Part shown: positions 60,301 to 64,000 of the stretch, piece by piece
Position numbering within the stretch: position 1 is the stretch's first letter
Layout of the letters: the number at the start of each line of letters is the position of its first letter
Assembly (NCBI GenBank): GCA_963837495.1
Contig: CAWINF010000001.1
Span: 2,138,397-2,202,396 of the forward strand
DNA from: an uncultured Acidobacteriota bacterium
Lineage (GTDB): Bacteria; Acidobacteriota; Thermoanaerobaculia; UBA5066; Gp7-AA6
Direction of reading: 5' to 3'
Length of the DNA: 64,000 nt
The notes under the pieces: generated by a model
What the model was told of the DNA's origin: nothing
What the model saw: the letters and a program-made list of their open reading frames with translations, nothing else
The model's database searches: none
Position numbers and translations under genes: made by a program

Positions 60301-61121
60301 ACCTGACCGGCGAGGTCCTCGCCCGGGATGCCTCGTTCCTGCCCGGCCGGCCCGTCGAACAGCGGATGCCGGCCCAGGGCGGGTGGGTGGAAGGGGATGC
60401 CAGCTTCGTCGGCCCGAATCCTCCGGCCGGCGCCGTCATCACGTACTACCAGCGCACCCGGCATCTCTTCGGCCCGATCAAGCTGGAGATCTTTGACTCC
60501 GGCGGAAAGCTCGTGGACACGGTCACGGCGACCAAGCGGCGGGGTATCAACCGGGCCGTCTGGTCCATGCGCGTCAAGCCGCCCCGCGTGCCGCGAGCCG
60601 CGGCGGTGGCGTTCGCCGCCTCGCAGGGCCCGCGGGTCCCGCCGGGGACCTATACCGTGCGATTGACGAAAGGCGGACAGTCCATCGAGACGAAGCTCGA
60701 GGTCGGGATCGACCGCCGCGCTCCCTACAGCGCGGCCGATCGCCGGGAACAGTTCGAGGCCGTGATGAAGGCGCACGCGCTCTTTGACGAGATGAGCGCG
60801 CTGACCGACAGGATCGACGCGGCCCGGTCGGCGGCGGCGGCGCGCCTGAAGGCTCTCCCCGAAACCGACCCATCGGGAAAGAAGCTCCGCGACGCCATCG
60901 AGAAGCTGGACTCGGTCAAGAAGAAGATCGTCGCGACCAGGGAAGGCGGCGCGATCACGGGCGAGGAGCGGATCCGCGAGCACCTCGACACCGTGTACGG
61001 CGCGCTCAACGGCTGGGAGGGGAAGCCCGCTCTCCACCAGGTCGAGCGCGTCGAGACGCTGCGGCGCGAGCTCGCCGACGTCGCCCGGGAGTTCGACGCC
61101 CTGTCCGGCGAGCTCCAGTGA
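57318..61121 (+). CDS. Fusion of a LolA-like domain and a VPS10/sortilin-like BNR propeller with coiled-coil C-terminus
   Basis: TVDEILARYVEARGG..KRPGMIR..LGTEDVDG..DPDYFL; Pro/Ala linker; RNIGSAVMSGRV and many SxDGGxTW boxes. Confidence 0.88.
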   Translation: MRFALGILAALLTLPARPTGALTVDEILARYVEARGGAAKLAAIRSFRATGKAVFGGGEFAVHADWGLLQKRPGMIRSETTLQGLTGVEAFDGQEAWSLFPFQGRRDAQKESADEARDMTRRADIEGPLVRWREKGHRVESLGTEDVDGTPAHKLRVTLKGGDVQYVFLDPDYFLEIRVETVARVRGAERITETDLGSYEQVAGVWFPFSIESGRKGGPRGSRITIEHAEANVEVDDGVFKFPPAGTPVGRAIPAAPAPAASPAAAARPPAPASERAPALDSGVLSGLSARNIGSAVMSGRVASVTARNVEGRTTIFVGAASGGVWKSEDGGTRFKPVFDKQPVQSIGAVTIDPSNSRTVWVGTGESWMRNSVSVGDGIYKSTDGGETWTNMGLSNSEHIVRILVSPKDSDTVYACVPGRLWSDSGERGLYKTTDGGKTWHLALKGANLSTGCSSVTMDPKNPDVLFAGMWDFRRKGWTFRSGGDGPDAPSGSGLFQSSDGGKTWTELTDKTNATLAAKPWGRVEVALAPSDSKIVYVLIESAKSALYRSSDGGKTWEARDRSEGMVWRPFYFGRLVVDPTNAERVFKPGGGLVVSDDGGRSFTDSGGGAHGDWHDVWIDPDNPKHVLGGDDGGLWTSYDGGNRWWKSNNLPISQFYHVAVDGRDPYQVYGGLQDNSSWVGDSAFPGGISSSRWENLYGGDGFWTIPDPTDPDAVYAESQGGYIGRVDRKTHASRDIQPKAAYKEKLRFNWNSPIVASPTQKGTIYLGAQFLFRSRDRGDTWERISPDLTTNDQEKQKQEESGGVTVDNSSAEMHTTIYSISESPLHAGVIWVGTDDGNVQLTRDGGKTWSNVAGNVKGAPKGLWVSWVEASRFDAATAYAAFDRHTFGDMTPWVYRTTDFGKTWKRIVSPEQGVRGYAHVIKEDAVKSSLLFVGTEFGLWISLDGGATWAQFKGGDFPSVAVREVQVHPRDHDLVLATHGRGIWIIDDLTPLRNLTGEVLARDASFLPGRPVEQRMPAQGGWVEGDASFVGPNPPAGAVITYYQRTRHLFGPIKLEIFDSGGKLVDTVTATKRRGINRAVWSMRVKPPRVPRAAAVAFAASQGPRVPPGTYTVRLTKGGQSIETKLEVGIDRRAPYSAADRREQFEAVMKAHALFDEMSALTDRIDAARSAAAARLKALPETDPSGKKLRDAIEKLDSVKKKIVATREGGAITGEERIREHLDTVYGALNGWEGKPALHQVERVETLRRELADVAREFDALSGELQ

Positions 61122-61143
61122 CTTCCGGGCAGCCTCGCCCAAA

Positions 61144-62535
61144 GTGTGTAATGTAGACCTGACCCCGCTCCCCCGCCGCGCGGCGGCAGCCGCCCTCGCG
61201 GTCTGGGGGCTCCTGACGGCGCAAGCCGCGCTCGCCCAAAACCCGCAGGCTCTCTTTCCGCCAAACGTCATCCTTCCCAACAACAACAGCCTCCCGATTG
61301 GCGAAGTCGGCGGCCTCGAGGGGAACGCCTATACGGCGCGCGCCTCCGACCCGACGTCGCTGTGGTTCAACCCGGCCGGCATCGCCAGCGCCAACGTGTC
61401 GGCGGTGAGCGCCAGCACCGGCACCTTCCGCATTCTGACGGTCTCGCCGCAGAAGCTGGAAGGCAGTGGCGGATCCATCGACCAGCTCCCCGCCGCAGTC
61501 GGCTTCGTCCTGAAGAGGCCCTTCCACTGGGAGCCGTGGACTTTCGGCTTCGCCATCGTCCGCACCGCCGCGTGGTCTCAGTTCACCGACGGGATCGTCA
61601 ACACCCCCGACCCGCGCCAGAGCATCACGCTGTCTGCCGACACCTCTTTCAACCGGACGTCGGTCGCCCTCACCCTCGGTCACGACGGCGGCAGGAACTG
61701 GCGCTTCGGCGGAGGCCTGCTCCTCGACATCCTGAACCTGCGCAGCGTCCAGTCGCTGACCTTCCGTCAGGAAACCGAGACGTATGTCCGGACGTTTCTC
61801 GACTCGTACCGCGCCGTCGGAAGCCAGGTCAACCTGCGCCTGGGCCTCGGAACCCAGGTCGACCTCGCCAAGCACGTCAGGCTCGGAGCGGTTCTCCGCA
61901 CCCCGGGCATCCGGATCTTGCCGGGCGGCAGCTTCAATATCGACGTCATCGACCAGAGGGGAGCCGTGTCGGATCAGCTCGCCTTCTTCGACTCCACGAA
62001 CATCACCTTCAAGTACGTCCTGCCGCTCGAGGCCGCCGTCGGCGCCGCCTGGGTCTCCGACATCGGCGAGATCGAGCTGGACCTCAAGGCGCAGACCGGC
62101 CACTCGGTGTATGACGGCTTCTCCAGCACCAAACCGGTCGTCCGGATCAGCGATCCCGGAGACGGGACTCCGGCCCGGCAGACTTCGACGCCCTTCCCCG
62201 GCATCCCCTTCGCGTCCCGCTCGATCGTCAGCGTGGCGTTGGGCGGCGTCCTCAACCTGAGCAAGGACGGGCGCTGGAAGCTCCACGCGGGCTATGCGAA
62301 CGACCCCTCGCCCGTCGCTGCCGCCGACGGTTTCTTCGACCGGATCAGCCTGAACAGCGTGACGCTCGGCGTCGGCGGAGCCTCCAAGCACATCTCCGGC
62401 TCGCTCGGCTTCAACTATCAGTTCGGGTCCTCGGAGCAGCGGCTGGTCGCAGACCTCGCCGGCACCGAGCTCACCCGGACGAAGGTCAGGATCTCCAATA
62501 TCGGGATCCTCTACTCGGTCTCTTACGTGTTCTGA
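61144..62535 (+). CDS. FadL/OmpP1-like outer-membrane transporter
   Basis: GNAYTARASDPTSLWFNPAGI hatch motif; C-terminal YSVSYVF. Confidence 0.78.
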   Translation: MCNVDLTPLPRRAAAAALAVWGLLTAQAALAQNPQALFPPNVILPNNNSLPIGEVGGLEGNAYTARASDPTSLWFNPAGIASANVSAVSASTGTFRILTVSPQKLEGSGGSIDQLPAAVGFVLKRPFHWEPWTFGFAIVRTAAWSQFTDGIVNTPDPRQSITLSADTSFNRTSVALTLGHDGGRNWRFGGGLLLDILNLRSVQSLTFRQETETYVRTFLDSYRAVGSQVNLRLGLGTQVDLAKHVRLGAVLRTPGIRILPGGSFNIDVIDQRGAVSDQLAFFDSTNITFKYVLPLEAAVGAAWVSDIGEIELDLKAQTGHSVYDGFSSTKPVVRISDPGDGTPARQTSTPFPGIPFASRSIVSVALGGVLNLSKDGRWKLHAGYANDPSPVAAADGFFDRISLNSVTLGVGGASKHISGSLGFNYQFGSSEQRLVADLAGTELTRTKVRISNIGILYSVSYVF

Positions 62536-62565
62536 AGCCGCGCCTTCACGCAGCGAGGAGCGACG

Positions 62566-63262
<697 letters not shown>

Positions 63263-63270
<8 letters not shown>

Positions 63271-63982
63271 GAGCAACACCGAGATAAGCGTCGATGACCT
63301 GCTGGTTTTCGGCGACCTCGCGGGGCGTCCCTTCGGCGATCTTCTCGCCGTAGTTGATGCAGAGGAGCCGGTGCGAGATGGCCATGATCACGCGCATGTT
63401 GTGCTCGATGATCAGGATCGTGATGCCGCTGGCATGGATCTTCTTCACGATCTCGATCGTCTTCTCGACCTCGGAGGGGTTCAGACCGGCGAAGTTCTCG
63501 TCCAGGAGGAGGACCTGCGGCCTGGTGGCCAGCGCGCGCGCCATCTCCAGGCGTTTCCTCATGCCGAGCGGCAGGCTCCCGGCCCTCCGGTCGCGCCACT
63601 CCTCCATCTCGGCGAATGCCGTGGCCTCGAGCGCCATCTTGCGAGCTTCTTCGCGATGATCGGTCCGGCAGAACGCGGAGGCCATCACGTTCTCGATCAC
63701 GGTCAGGCGGGCGAGGGGCTTGACGACCTGGAACGTCCGGGCGAGCCCGCGCTGGCAGACGACGTGCGGCTTCATGCCGTCGATGCGTTCGCTTTTGAAG
63801 TAGATCGAGCCGGCCGTCGGAGCGAAGTACCCGTTGATGAGGTTGAAGATCGTGGTCTTGCCCGCGCCGTTGGGCCCGATGAGCCCGAGGATCTCTCCCT
63901 TTTCGAGCGTGAACGACATGTTCCCGACGGCCATCAGGCCGCCGAACCGCTTCGAGACGGTCCTCAACTCCAGGAGGCTCAC
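63263..63982 (-). CDS. livG: Branched-chain amino acid ABC transporter ATPase
   Basis: GPNGAGKTT, ARTFQ, LLLDE and IEHNM motifs. Confidence 0.93.
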
Positions 63983-64000
63983 GCGGCCTCCTGCTTCGGG
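63979..64000 (-). CDS. 3' end of an upstream gene (probably a livM permease), partial
   Basis: ..PKQEAA* ends in a GTGA overlap with livG; identity is inferred from context only. Confidence 0.4.

Overview
GC-rich, gene-dense bacterial DNA. The gene repertoire (TPR Ser/Thr kinase, DUF2911, VPS10/BNR proteins, M13 peptidase) suggests an Acidobacteria/Thermoanaerobaculia-like organism; this is inference. I recognised no rRNA, tRNA, CRISPR array, transposase or integrase. Main content: (1) a tightly coupled 4-gene operon at 5315-12756 encoding a small acidic protein, an Omp85-type barrel with a large helical insertion, a lipoprotein neutral ceramidase and a multi-TM cPLA2/patatin-like lipase, a candidate undescribed trans-envelope lipid-processing system; (2) a tandem near-identical pair of secreted proteins with (TPTN)n linkers of different length; (3) a decaying accessory zone at 21.5-27.6 kb with several gene remnants; (4) four toxin-antitoxin loci: vapBC, mazEF-like, an atypical Xre-RES and a frameshifted vapBC; (5) an anaerobic metabolism block with a CoA transferase, a fused 2-oxoacid:ferredoxin oxidoreductase, NfnAB and a variant purine-catabolism operon (xdh, thrC-like, CysK-like, ssnA, short ygfK, ygeW, ygeY) with no dpaL or hyuA in the window; (6) a LolA-like/VPS10 fusion gene, a FadL-like porin and livGF. 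Two REP-like repeat families and several sigma70 and sigma54 promoter motifs are visible. All family calls come from recalled motifs, not database searches.
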